Part shown: piece after piece, positions 53,101 to 64,000 of the stretch
Layout of the letters: every line of letters begins with the position of its first letter
Position numbering within the stretch: the stretch's first letter is position 1
Assembly (NCBI GenBank): GCA_951406725.2
Contig: OX597816.1
Span: 8,928,001-8,992,000 of the forward strand
Direction of reading: 5' to 3'
From: Octopus vulgaris
Taxonomy: Eukaryota
DNA length: 64,000 nucleotides
Notes under the pieces: model-generated
What the model was told of the DNA's origin: nothing
Database searches by the model: none
The model's input: only the letters and a program-made list of their open reading frames with translations
Position numbers and translations under genes: made by a program

Positions 53101-53484
53101 AAGGGCATCCAGCTGTAGAAACTCTGCCAGACCAGATTGGAGCCTGGTGTAGCCATCTAGTTCGCCTGTCCTCAGTCAAATCGTCCAATCCATGCCAGCA
53201 TGGAAAACAGATGTTAAACGATGATGATGATGTTTGATGTAGTGGATGGCCTGGCTTGGCTCTTTTGGTTACAACGATGAGTGTTCCTGTTGATCTGATC
53301 AACAGAACAGCCTGCTCATGAAATTAACATGCAAGTGATTGAACACTCCACAGACATGCATACCCTTAATGTAGTTCTCAGAGAGATTCAGCACAACACA
53401 GAATGTGGTATGGCTGGCCCTTCTGAATTACAGGCATAATTCAATTTTGTCAGCTGAGTGAACTGGAGCAACGAGAAATAAAGT

Positions 53485-53988
53485 ACATTTTTTACATTTG
53501 ACGGATATTTGTCCTCATCTTGTATGTTGTTAACACAATGTTTTGGCTGATATACCCTCCAGCCTTCATCAGGTGTCTTGGGGAAATTTCAAACCTGGGT
53601 TCTCATTCCTAAGGTATTTTATGATATTATTCAGGTCACTGCCTGGAATCGAACTCGGAATCTTGGGGTTAGTACCCCATGCTCTTAACCACAATGTCAT
53701 ATGCCTAATCACTTAACCACTACGTCATATGCCCATGGGCATATGATGTTATGGTTAAGAGCACGGCTACTAACCCCAAGATTCCGAGTTCGATTCCAGG
53801 CAGTGACCTGAATAATAATAATATCGAAAAATACCTTAGGAATGAGAACCCATGTTCGAAATTTCCCCAAGACACCTGATGAAGGCTGGAGGGTGTATCA
53901 GCCAAAACGTCGTGTTAACAACAAACAAGATGAGGACAAATATCCACCAAATATAAATAATGTACATAACTCCTCATCTCTTAAAGAT
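53485..53988. mobile_element. Head-to-head dimer of a tRNA-headed, hammerhead-tailed small retroelement inserted in a SINE
   Basis: Inverted copies at about 53491-53706 (-) and 53737-53988 (+); A/B-box tRNA-like head; hammerhead motifs at 53532-53577 (-) and 53871-53916 (+); 9-bp TSD AAATAAAGT (53476-53484, 53989-53997). Confidence 0.78.
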
Positions 53989-55160
53989 AAATAAAGTGTC
54001 TTGCTCAAGGATACAATGCAACACCAGGAATCGAACCCATGGCCTTACGATTGTGAGCTGAATGTTCTAGTTACTAAGCCATGTGCTTTTTGATGGATGG
54101 AAGGATGGGTGTAGTATTGATACAATTTGGATTTCAGTTATTGAATGATTCTCAGCTCTTTATGTTCTGAGTTCAGTTGCCACCAAGATGAGTTTTGCAT
54201 TTCATCATTTTGGGATGTTGATAGAATAATTGCCTTTGGAGTAGTGGGGTTAATGTAATCGACATTCCCCCTCCCCTCAAAATTGTTAGCTGTGTGCCAG
54301 GAATAGAGAGAACTACTGAATGGTTTGCCTACAAAATTGGTGGATGTGAATTGTAATCAACTAGTATGGTGGACTTTAAACCTGTGCAAATATTGGTTTA
54401 AGTTATCAGCAGTTGGATTGTGTTCATGGCAAGCATGGAAATATTTAGGCAGAAACATTTACAACCTAGTAGCATTAATATTTCCAACTTTTATTCTACA
54501 TCAAAATAAAAATTCAAATGGAAATTGTAGTTAAGACCCGTGCTGGTGACACGTAAAAAGCACCGTCCGAACGTGGCACATGCCAGCACCGCCTGATTGG
54601 CGTCCGTGTCGGTGACACGTAAAAGCACCAACCGATCGTGACCGTTTGCCAGCCTGCTCTGGCCCCTGTGGCGGTGGCACATGAAAAACACCCACTACAC
54701 TCTCGGAGTGGTTGGCATTAGGAAGGACATCCGGCTGTAGAAACACTGCCAAATCAGACTGGAGCCTGGTGCAGCCTCCATGGCTTACCAGACCCTGGTC
54801 GAACCATCCAACCTATGCTAGCATGGAAAACGGACATATGATGATGATCTGACTGATAAATCAAGACTATTATATGTATATCTGGTTTTGATAGATTATT
54901 AAAAGGATATTTAAGACCTTGAAACTGTCTTCACCATTATTTCCAATGTTCACTTTTTAATGCTTGCATGTGTCGGACGGAAATTGTGAAGGCAGATTTT
55001 TTTAAGGAAGAAAGCTCTCCCTCTTGCCGACTCTCATCTATTTCTAAGCATTAGAAATATTTCCCTATGGCTGGACATGTTTCTGCAGAAGATTTGACAC
55101 AAATGACACCACCAATATGACAGTGGCACTGTTTGCAACCATCACATGATGTCAAGACAA

Positions 55161-55191
<31 letters not shown>

Positions 55192-56005
55192 CACACACAC
55201 AGCTTCTTTCAGTTTCTGCCTGCAAAATCCACTCACAAGGCTTTGTTTGGCCCAGAGGGAGTGGACTTGAAACCAAGTGGTTGGGAAGAAAACTTCTTAA
55301 AAGCACAGCCATGCCTGTACTTATATGGAGGATAATAATTGAAGGTTTTTCATAGATTTTTGGAAGTAAAAAAAAAAGAAAATAACTGATGAAAAGAAAA
55401 TTTTGAAATTACGGTAAACAAGTCTATAACCATTCAGTATAGGTGTGTTTTGTTAGTTAAGTGGAACTCTTGTCAAAATGAGTTAAAAATTGTAATGGAA
55501 AGGAATGTTAGAAAAAGGCAATGGGAATGAAAGTATTATGACGGGCCCTGTTAATCTAGTATAGTCTGGAAAGCAAATGTAGATAAGAGAAATACTTGAA
55601 GCAGTTGGTCATTGCTTTGTCCATCTAGCAAAGACTTATTAAGGATCTCTTTCTTTCACTCTCTTTTTCTATGTGTGTGGCTTAGTGGTTAGGGTGTCAG
55701 TACCATGACCGTAAGGTTGTGGTTTCGATTCCTGGACCGGGTGACGCGTTGTGTTCTTGTGCAAAACGCTTCATTTCATGTTGCTCCAGTCCACTCAGCT
55801 GGCAAAAATGAGTAACGCTGCGATGAACTGGCGTCCCGTCCAGCTGGGGAACACATACGCCATAGAAACCGAGAGACTAGGCCCATGAGCCTGGCTAGGC
55901 TTTAAAAGGGCGCATTTATATATATATATATATATATAATTTAATAAATAAAATATATGCATACATACATATATGTACGTATCTACATCTATGTGTATAT
56001 ATACA

Positions 56006-56040
<35 letters not shown>

Positions 56041-56189
56041 CATGTATATATATATATATATATATATATGATGCATGTATATATACATATAGATGTAGGT
56101 ACGTACATATATGTATGTATGTATGCATATATCTTATTTATTAAATTATTATATGACTGAGCGCCCTTGCGTCGTTTCGTTTCTTTTCT

Positions 56190-56230
<41 letters not shown>

Positions 56231-57945
56231 AAGTGGTTGGCATTAGGAAGGGCATCCAGCTGTAAAACCATACCAAAACTGGCAATGAATCCTGGTGCAG
56301 CTCCTGTCAAACCAACCAACCCATGGAAAATTGATGTATGATGATGATTTTATATATATATGTGGTGTTAGCGTTCTATATATAAGATTTCTATGTTCTG
56401 GATATTTCTTGTTGATATGAAGTTGTTTGAAATGAAATTGAAAATAATTGTTTAGTATAGAATTTGAAGCTCAAATTGTGCTCAACCCTTTGGCATTTAA
56501 ACCAGCCATATTCAACCCAAATACTATACTTGTTTTATGTTCAAACTGTCCAGAAAGAGGTGTCATTCTATAAATGAGCAGTTCCGTCATTGGAATCGGA
56601 AACCTAGCAGATAATGCATGATTAATTCAAAACAATGTGAATAAATAAGCATTACATTTGACAGAATAATCTGAAAGCTTAAGGGTTAAACATCTAGAGA
56701 CTAGGATTTAGGAGAAGATAATGAAAGGGAGTTGATTTCGTAAGTTATCCTTATCAATTACAAAGTCCAGAAGGGTTAAAAGTAAATGAAGTGAATGTTG
56801 TCAGGGGAAAAAATATCATTTGGCTGATATACAAATATAAAAGAATGAGATATGGAAAATTGAATATCTTTGTCAGCTCTGTGTAAATTATGGCATGAAA
56901 GGAACAAATTCAACACTTGTTGGGGTAACTCAAATATTGTCACATTTCAAATAAGTACTAAATATCTTTGACAGAATGTAAACTTCAAAATATTCTCCAT
57001 GAAACTCCTCTGTATTTGTTGGTTCATGCATGGCTGTGTGGTTAAGGAGTTTGCTTTGTACTCGCGTAGTTTTGGGTTCAGTCCTACTGCTTGTCACCTT
57101 GGGTATGTGTTTTCTACTATAGCCCCAACTCAACAAAAGTCTTATGAGTGGATTTTGTTAGATGGAAACTGAAAGAAACCTACTGTGTGTGTGTTGTATC
57201 CCTGTTTTAACACTGCATCCTGGTTGTAAACAAATGTTGCTCTCCTACAAGTTGGTGTTGTCCATTTACATTTTTCAGTGAAACACGCCCAGACATTATG
57301 CTGTTTGTGTTCAACAGATTAATGGAAATATTACTTTATTTGGAAACTGGAGGGTTGATGACAGGAAGAACACCCAGCTGTAGAAAATTTTTTATGTATA
57401 TCTTTTGACTCATGCAAGCATGGAAAAGTGAACATTAAAATGATGATGATGAAGATTTATCTAGTTTAGTTTAAATTTCTACTCTTGATTCAGTGTTCTA
57501 CTTTAGTCTGTAGGGGTTCCCTTCTTTGTTTACAAAGCTTATCAAGATAGTTACTTTGATAACACCAGAGTGTAGTGATAGTGGCGTATGTTTTATAGCA
57601 AGACTAACAGGCTTCAGGAATTCTATTTCATAGTAGAAATTGGTATTTTGGTGCAAATACAAATACCCACACACATAAATATATACATATATACGTATAT
57701 ATTCGCTGCTTTCTTCCAAGGAATCTAATGCTCTTAGCTTAGTTTTTCCTTGGGGCTGGCCAGATTGGAGCAATCTCTAGTATAACCAGCCAAAATTGCA
57801 AAGATAATCTGGAACTTGACTGAGAATAGAAAACTCTGAATGACCCGTCCTTGTTTTTTTTTGTATCGTCTATCTGGATGTTTTGTTGTCCCTTTTTGTA
57901 TCACCTAGTTGTCCAGATGTTTTGCGTTCTTGTCCCATTTTGTAT

Positions 57946-57982
<37 letters not shown>

Positions 57983-58269
57983 ATCCTCTATAGCAAGATG
58001 TCTTATCTCTATTCCTCTATCATGAACTGACATAAAGCCACTTCCCTCAATACTTCCTCCACTCCCAGTTGGATAGGGGTGTCTTGGAAGTTACTTGGTG
58101 ATACCTCCAGTGCACCCAGTACACTCTATAATGTGGTTGACATTAGGAAGGACACCCAGCCATAGAAGTCATGCCAAAGAAGAGAATCAGAGCTTGGTGC
58201 CAGCTTCTGACTTGCCTACTCTTGTCAAACTGTTCAAGTTAGCATGGAAAAATAGATGTTAGATGCTGT

Positions 58270-58870
58270 CAGTCTTATCTGTCTCTCTGTCTATCTATCT
58301 AATCTTGTCTGTCTGTCTGTCTATCTAATCTGTGTGTCTGTCTATCTAATCTGTCTGTCTATCTTATCTGTTTCTTTGTTTATCTGTCTGTCTTTGTCTA
58401 ATTTCTGTCTGTCTGTGTGTTTAATCTCTGTCTGCCTGTCTGCATGTCTAATCTCTGTTTGTCTGTCTATCTATCTAATCTGACTGTCTGTCTGTGTGTC
58501 TGTCTAATCTGCCTGTCTGATTTCTGTCTGTCTAATCTCTGTCTCTCTGTCTGTTTAATCTCTCTAATCTCTGGCTGTCTATCTTATCTGTCTCTATCTA
58601 ATCTGCCTCTCTGTCTATCTATCTAATCTGTCTCTCTGTCTCTCTTTCTGTCTATCTAATCTGTCTCTCTGTCTGTTTATCTAATCTGTCTCTCTGTCGA
58701 TCTCGTCTGGACATCTATCTAATCTATCTCTGTCTCGCTGTTTTTCTCTCTAATCTGTCTCTCTCTCTGTTTGTCTGTCTAATCCGTCAGTTTATCTAAT
58801 CCGTCTGTCTGTCTCGATAATCCATCCATCTGTCTGTCTATCTAATCCGTCTGTCTAATTCGTCTATCTA
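58270..58870. repeat. Degenerate (TCTG/TCTA)n satellite
   Basis: Direct inspection; periodic AATCT interruptions. Confidence 0.9.
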
Positions 58871-59124
58871 TATAGATTTTTCCTTTTGCCGAGGTTACCG
58901 TGGTTTTTGTTCGTAGGTTTTTCTCTCTATGGATAAATCTAGTCAATGTTATATTTTCTCCCCCTTTTGGGAATTCAAATTGTTAAAAAAACATCACCTT
59001 GTTATCTATTTGTGAACAAAACCATCTTTTTTTGATCCCTTTTGATCGATTTCGAAAAAGAAAAATTCTACATTGTATTGTCCCCTCTGTGTTAAGCACT
59101 AAATAAAGAAATCTATCTATCTAA

Positions 59125-59660
59125 TCTGTCTTGTCTTATCTGCCTTGTCTCATCAGGTCTTGTCTTATCTGTCTTGTCTCGTCTGGTCTTGATTCGTCTG
59201 GTCTTGTCTCATCTCTGTCTTTTGTCTTGTCTCGTCTCGTCTTATCTTGTCTTATCTTATCTCAACTTGTCTCGTCTCGTCTCATCTCAACTTGTCTCGT
59301 CTCGTCTCATCTTATCTTGTCTTGTCTTGTCTCATCTCAACTTGTCTCGTCTTGTCTTGTCTTGTCTCGTCTCGTCTTATCTCGTCTCATCTTGTCTTAT
59401 CTCGTCTTGTCTCATCTCAACTTGTCTCGTCTCGTCTCATCTCATCTCGTCTTATCTCGTCTCATCTCATCTCGTCTTATCTCGTCTCATCTCATCTCGT
59501 CTCGTCTTATCTCGTCTCATCTCATTTCGTCTTATCTCGTCTCATCTCATCTCGTCTTATCTCGTCTCGTCTTATCTCGTCTCATCTCATTTCGTCTTAT
59601 CTCGTCTCATCTCATCTTGTCTTATCTCGTCTTGTCTCATCTTGTCTTATCTCGTCTTAT
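59125..59660. repeat. Pentamer satellite (TCTYR)n
   Basis: TCTTG/TCTCG/TCTCA/TCTTA units; produces spurious S/L/R ORFs. Confidence 0.95.
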
Positions 59661-60719
59661 ATTATCTATCTATCTAGCTGTCTGTCTGTCTCACTTACAC
59701 ATAAGGAAGCTAATAATCTTTTGTTACAAGTCAATATATTTACGAATGAAATAAAATGTCAAGGAACAGGAATGATGTAATCAACTTCCTTGACACATTC
59801 CTGTTCCTGCTACGAGAAGGAATGCACTGCCCCTTAAAACTGTAAGCTGATGGAGTCAATTACATCTTTTCAGTTCTCCTCTCATTCAATTAATTCATAT
59901 ATATCACATGATTGACCAGACTATGAGATGTTGTTATACATCACTGGTCACAATGCACTTGAAATTGTTTTTTTTTCTTAGCTATGAAATGATGCCACCC
60001 GACTGGCTAGGTAGGCAGGCAGGCCAGTATTCGCCCTGATTGGTTAAAAGGCCAGTCTGTCACAGAGTCACTCATTTACAGCTGAGTGAACTGGAGCAAC
60101 ATGAAATGAAGTGTCTTGCTCAAGAACACAACATGCTGCCCAGTCTGAGAATTGACTCCATGATCTAGTGATTGTGAGTGCAACACCCGAACCACTAGGC
60201 CATGTGCCTACACTCACATGTTGGCTTTATGCTAGAAGAGAAAGGGCCTGAACAGGTTTCATGCTGTAGAGGAGTTAGATGGCTACTCATATTCTTTTCT
60301 ACTCTAGGCACAAGGCGCGAAATTTTTAGGGAACGTGGGTGGGGGGGAGCAGTCAATTAGATCGACCCAAGTATGCAACTGGTACTTAATTTATCAACTC
60401 CGAAAGGATAAGTCTACCTTGGCGGAATTTGAACTCAGAATGCTAGTGTTTCTGCCAGCTTGATGCCTTAATGGCTACTTGTATTATAGAAGAAAGCATA
60501 GAAGTACCAGAGGTGGTGCTGGAAGGAGAGCTAAAATAGAGGCCTTGACATGACAGCATTCATTCAGTCCATGCTGTGAAGTAGTTAATAAAGAAGAGGG
60601 CATCCAGTTCTAAAAACCAATGCCTTAAAAATACATGTTTTATGCAATAACAGGTTTTGGCATTGCTTTATGTTTTTCTGTATCGTATATAATAATAATA
60701 AAAATAATAATAAAAATAA

Positions 60720-61000
60720 TGAAATTATTGTGTATAGTGCTCAGGTGATATATGTACAGTACATAGAATTATGTTCAAAAGTAAGGAAATTGAACAGTGT
60801 ATGAGTCATGATAATTATGTGTGCATGTGTATGGAGGTGGGTGGATATCAGGTGTAGTGTAGGATGCATGGAAGTTTTAAAGGATGCAATGTCTTGGCAA
60901 CTAACAACTGATGCAGGTAGTTTGTTCCATGCTTCAGCAACTCTGAGTGTGAAAAGAATGTTTCTGAATGTGATGGGAGCTGTGCTGTTTTCTAAGACAC
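60720..61000 (-). mobile_element. CR1-like LINE 3' end
   Basis: FTLRVAEAWNKLPASVVSCQDIASFK with (TTA)n tail; homologous to 29960-30290. Confidence 0.72.
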
Positions 61001-61242
61001 TGCAACAAAACTGTCCGGCCATGACCGTACAGAAAATTGGTTGCAAAACAATGATGATGACAATAAACTTCACTGTTTTAATGATCCCGCTGTTACAGCT
61101 TTCTAAATCAGTGTAAGTGGTGTTTAGTAGATACTGTTAGTTATGGACTAACTGGCCGTGTGAAAAGTCCATGGTTTAGTTGGAAACAACCACTAAGCAT
61201 TACGAACCAATACAGTATTTTAAATGTTTTGTTTATAAGTTA

Positions 61243-61603
61243 CTAGCAGTATCGCCCGGCGTTGCTCGGGTTTGTAAGGGAAATAGCTATATAAGCATTT
61301 TTAGAGAGTTATAGCCAAAAAATGCATTAAAAATGGGAAAAAAATGATGGTAAATTTTTTTTTTAAATCGTTGACTCATCATAGACATTTTTAGAGAGTT
61401 ACTTCCCTTATATAATAGCGAAAAAATGCATTAAAATGGAAAAAGATAATGGTAAATTTTTTTAAAATCGTAGACTCATCGTAGACATGCGCTAATACCC
61501 AGAAGGGCTCGATATGAATCATGACTGCACCGCAAAATGTGGGAGTAGTTAGGAATCTAAATCGTAGGAGACAGACATACAACTTCTCTTTTATATATAA
61601 AGA
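61243..61603 (-). mobile_element. Short non-autonomous Helitron
   Basis: TC-TTTATATATAAAA start, CCCGAGCAACGCCGGG hairpin and CTAG end, A|T insertion, internal duplication of about 100 bp. Confidence 0.8.
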
Positions 61604-63360
61604 TATGACATACTCTTTTACTTGTTTCAGTCATGTGACTGTGGCCATGCTGGAGCACCGTCTTTAGTCAAGCAAATCGACCTCAGGACTTATTCTTTGT
61701 AAGCCTAGTACTTATTCTCTCGGTCTCTTTTGCTGAAACACTAAGTTATGGGGATGTAAACACACCACCATTGGTTGTCAAGCGATGTTGGGGGACAAAC
61801 ACAGACACAAACATATATATACACACACACACACCACACACACTCACACACACATATAGATATATATACATATATACGACGGGCTTCTTTCAGTTTCTGC
61901 CTACCAAATCCACTCACAGGGCTTTGGTCAGCCCGAGGCTATAGTAGAAGGCACTTGCCCAAGGTGCCATGCACTGGGAATGAACCTGGAACCATGTGGT
62001 TGGTAAGCAAGCTACTTACAACACAACCACTTTTGCACCTATTTATTTATTTATTTATATATTTATTTCTTTATTACCCACAGTGGGCTAAACATAGCAG
62101 GGAAAAACAAGACAGACAAAGGGATTAAGTCAATTACATCGACCCCAGTGCGTAACTGGTACTTATTTAATTGACCCCGAAAGGATGAAAGGCAAAGTCG
62201 ACTTCAGAGGAATTGCAACTCAGAACGTAATGGCAGACGAAATACAGCTAAGCATTTTGCCCAGCGTGCTAACGATTCTGCCAGCTTGCTGCCCTAAAGT
62301 TATTTGACATATTGCCTTATAAGGCTTTTTTCACTTAAAATCTTGTATAGAATAATGCGATTTATGCCTGAGCAAATATGGCTTCCTGAGAGCCCTTAAA
62401 ACGAAGTGTTTGCAACCCACCAAAAGAAATCAAATTAAACAAATGTGTGGTAAGCAGCTTGCTTACGAACCACATGGTTCCAGGTTCAGTCCCACTGCAG
62501 GGCACCTTGGGCAAGTGTCTTCTACTATAGCCTCGGGCCGACCAAAGCCTTGTGAGAGGATTTGGTAGACGGAAACTGAATGAAGCCTTTTGTATATATG
62601 TATATATATATGTGTGTGTGTATGTTTGTTCCCCCAGCATCACTTGACAACCGATGCTGGTGTGATTATGTCCCTGTAACTTAGCGGTTCGGCAAAAGAA
62701 ACAGATAGAATAAGTACTAGGATTACAAAGAATAAGTCCTGGGGTTGATTTGCTTGACTAAAGGTGGTGCTCCAGCATGGCCACAGTCAAAATGACTGAA
62801 ACAAGTAAAAGACTGAAATGGTGTATTTTCCTTGTTTGTAACTTGAGGATAAACAATATTCTTTTGTTAAAGTATGTCTTTGTTTAGTTTCCACTCATCC
62901 GTATGCTAATGGTGTGTGCACATGTACATACATCGCCACTCTCACATACACACACAAAGACACAGCTAATTGTTGTCTGTGTGTCATAGGTGGAGGCACG
63001 GCTGTGTAGTTGAGAAGTTTGCTTCCCAAGCCCATGATTTCAGTTTCAGTCCCACACCATGGCACCTGGGACAAGGGTTTTCTGCTAAGCCCTGGGGTTG
63101 ACCAAAGCCTTGTGAGTGGATTTGGTAGACAGAAACAGAAGGTCTGTCGTGTGTGTGTGTGTGTTTATACCTCATCTTGACTTTGCATAATTGTTGAAAA
63201 ATGATTGTCACTCTCATACAAAGTGTCATTCATTTCGAATTTTCTGTGTGAAACACGTCTGGCCAGGAGTAAATATTACCTTTCTTAGAAACAGGGGAGG
63301 GTTAGCAAGAGAAAGGGCATCTGGTCATAGAAAATCTGCCTCATTATACTCCATCCGACC

Positions 63361-63958
63361 GAGGTGGTGAGCTGGCAAAAGCGTTAGCACGCTGGGTGAA
63401 ATGCATAGCAGTATTTCGTTTGTCGTTACATTCCGAGTTCAAATTCCACTATGGTCGACTTTGCCTTTCATCCTTTCAGGGCCAATTAAATAAGTACCAG
63501 TTATGCACTGGGGTCGATGTAATCGACTTAATACGTGTGTCTGTCCTTGTTTGTCCCCTCTGTGTTTAACCCCTTGTGGGTAGTAAAGAAATAGGTATTT
63601 CATCTGTTACGTTCCGAGTTCAAATTCTGCCGAGGTTGACTTTGCTTTCATACTTTCGGGGTCGATAAATTAAGTACCAGTAATGCACTGGGTCGATGTT
63701 ATCGACTTAATCCCTTTGTCTGTCCTTGTTTGTCCCCTCTGTGTTTAGCCCCTTGTGGGTAGTAAAGAAATAGGTATTTCATCTGTCGTTACGTTTCGAG
63801 TTCAAATTCCGCCGAGGTTGACTTTGCCTTTCATCCTTTTGGGGGTCGATAAATTAAGTACCAGTAATGCACTGGGGTCAATGTAATCGACTTAATCCCT
63901 TTGTCTGTCCTTGTTTGTCCCCTCTGTTTTAGCCCCCTTTGGGGGTAGTAAAGAAATA
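63361..63958 (+). repeat. Head-to-tail trimer of the family B SINE body (about 180-bp unit)
   Basis: Three successive GGTATTTC..AAAGAAATA units. Confidence 0.9.
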
Positions 63959-64000
63959 TATATTCCATCTGACCCGTGTAAGTACAGACAAGTGGACATT

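Noticed and set aside
59131-59780. Long ORFs of 167-207 aa
   Set aside because: Translation of a stop-free pentamer satellite in all three frames.

Overview
AT-rich, microsatellite- and SINE-dense eukaryotic DNA. The SINE families look like those of coleoid cephalopods (probably Octopus); this is recognition, not proof. Most ORF-track entries are repeat artefacts. Supported content: (1) a minus-strand, intron-rich gene for a secreted, atypical C-type lectin-like protein (signal-peptide exon 37980-38040; CTLD exons 25763-25945 and 18069-18281; weaker candidate downstream exons). (2) A CpG-richer, probably bidirectional promoter zone at about 43.3-46.8 kb, with a plus-strand first coding exon (MAHQWSYGQ|GTAAGT) and a cluster of GG..CC-ended (Merlin-like) MITEs. 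(3) Many mobile elements: four SINE families, two deleted mariners, Helitrons/HINE, piggyBac- and hAT-type MITEs, and RTE/CR1/Tx1-like LINE remnants. (4) Most notable: about ten minimal type I hammerhead-ribozyme motifs from several unrelated Penelope-like/retrozyme-type small elements. Two have an intact canonical core (1768-1823 +, 10627-10671 -), one has a G3:C8 core swap, and one insertion is a head-to-head dimer of a tRNA-headed, hammerhead-tailed element (53485-53988). All coordinates were counted by eye; repeat boundaries are approximate.
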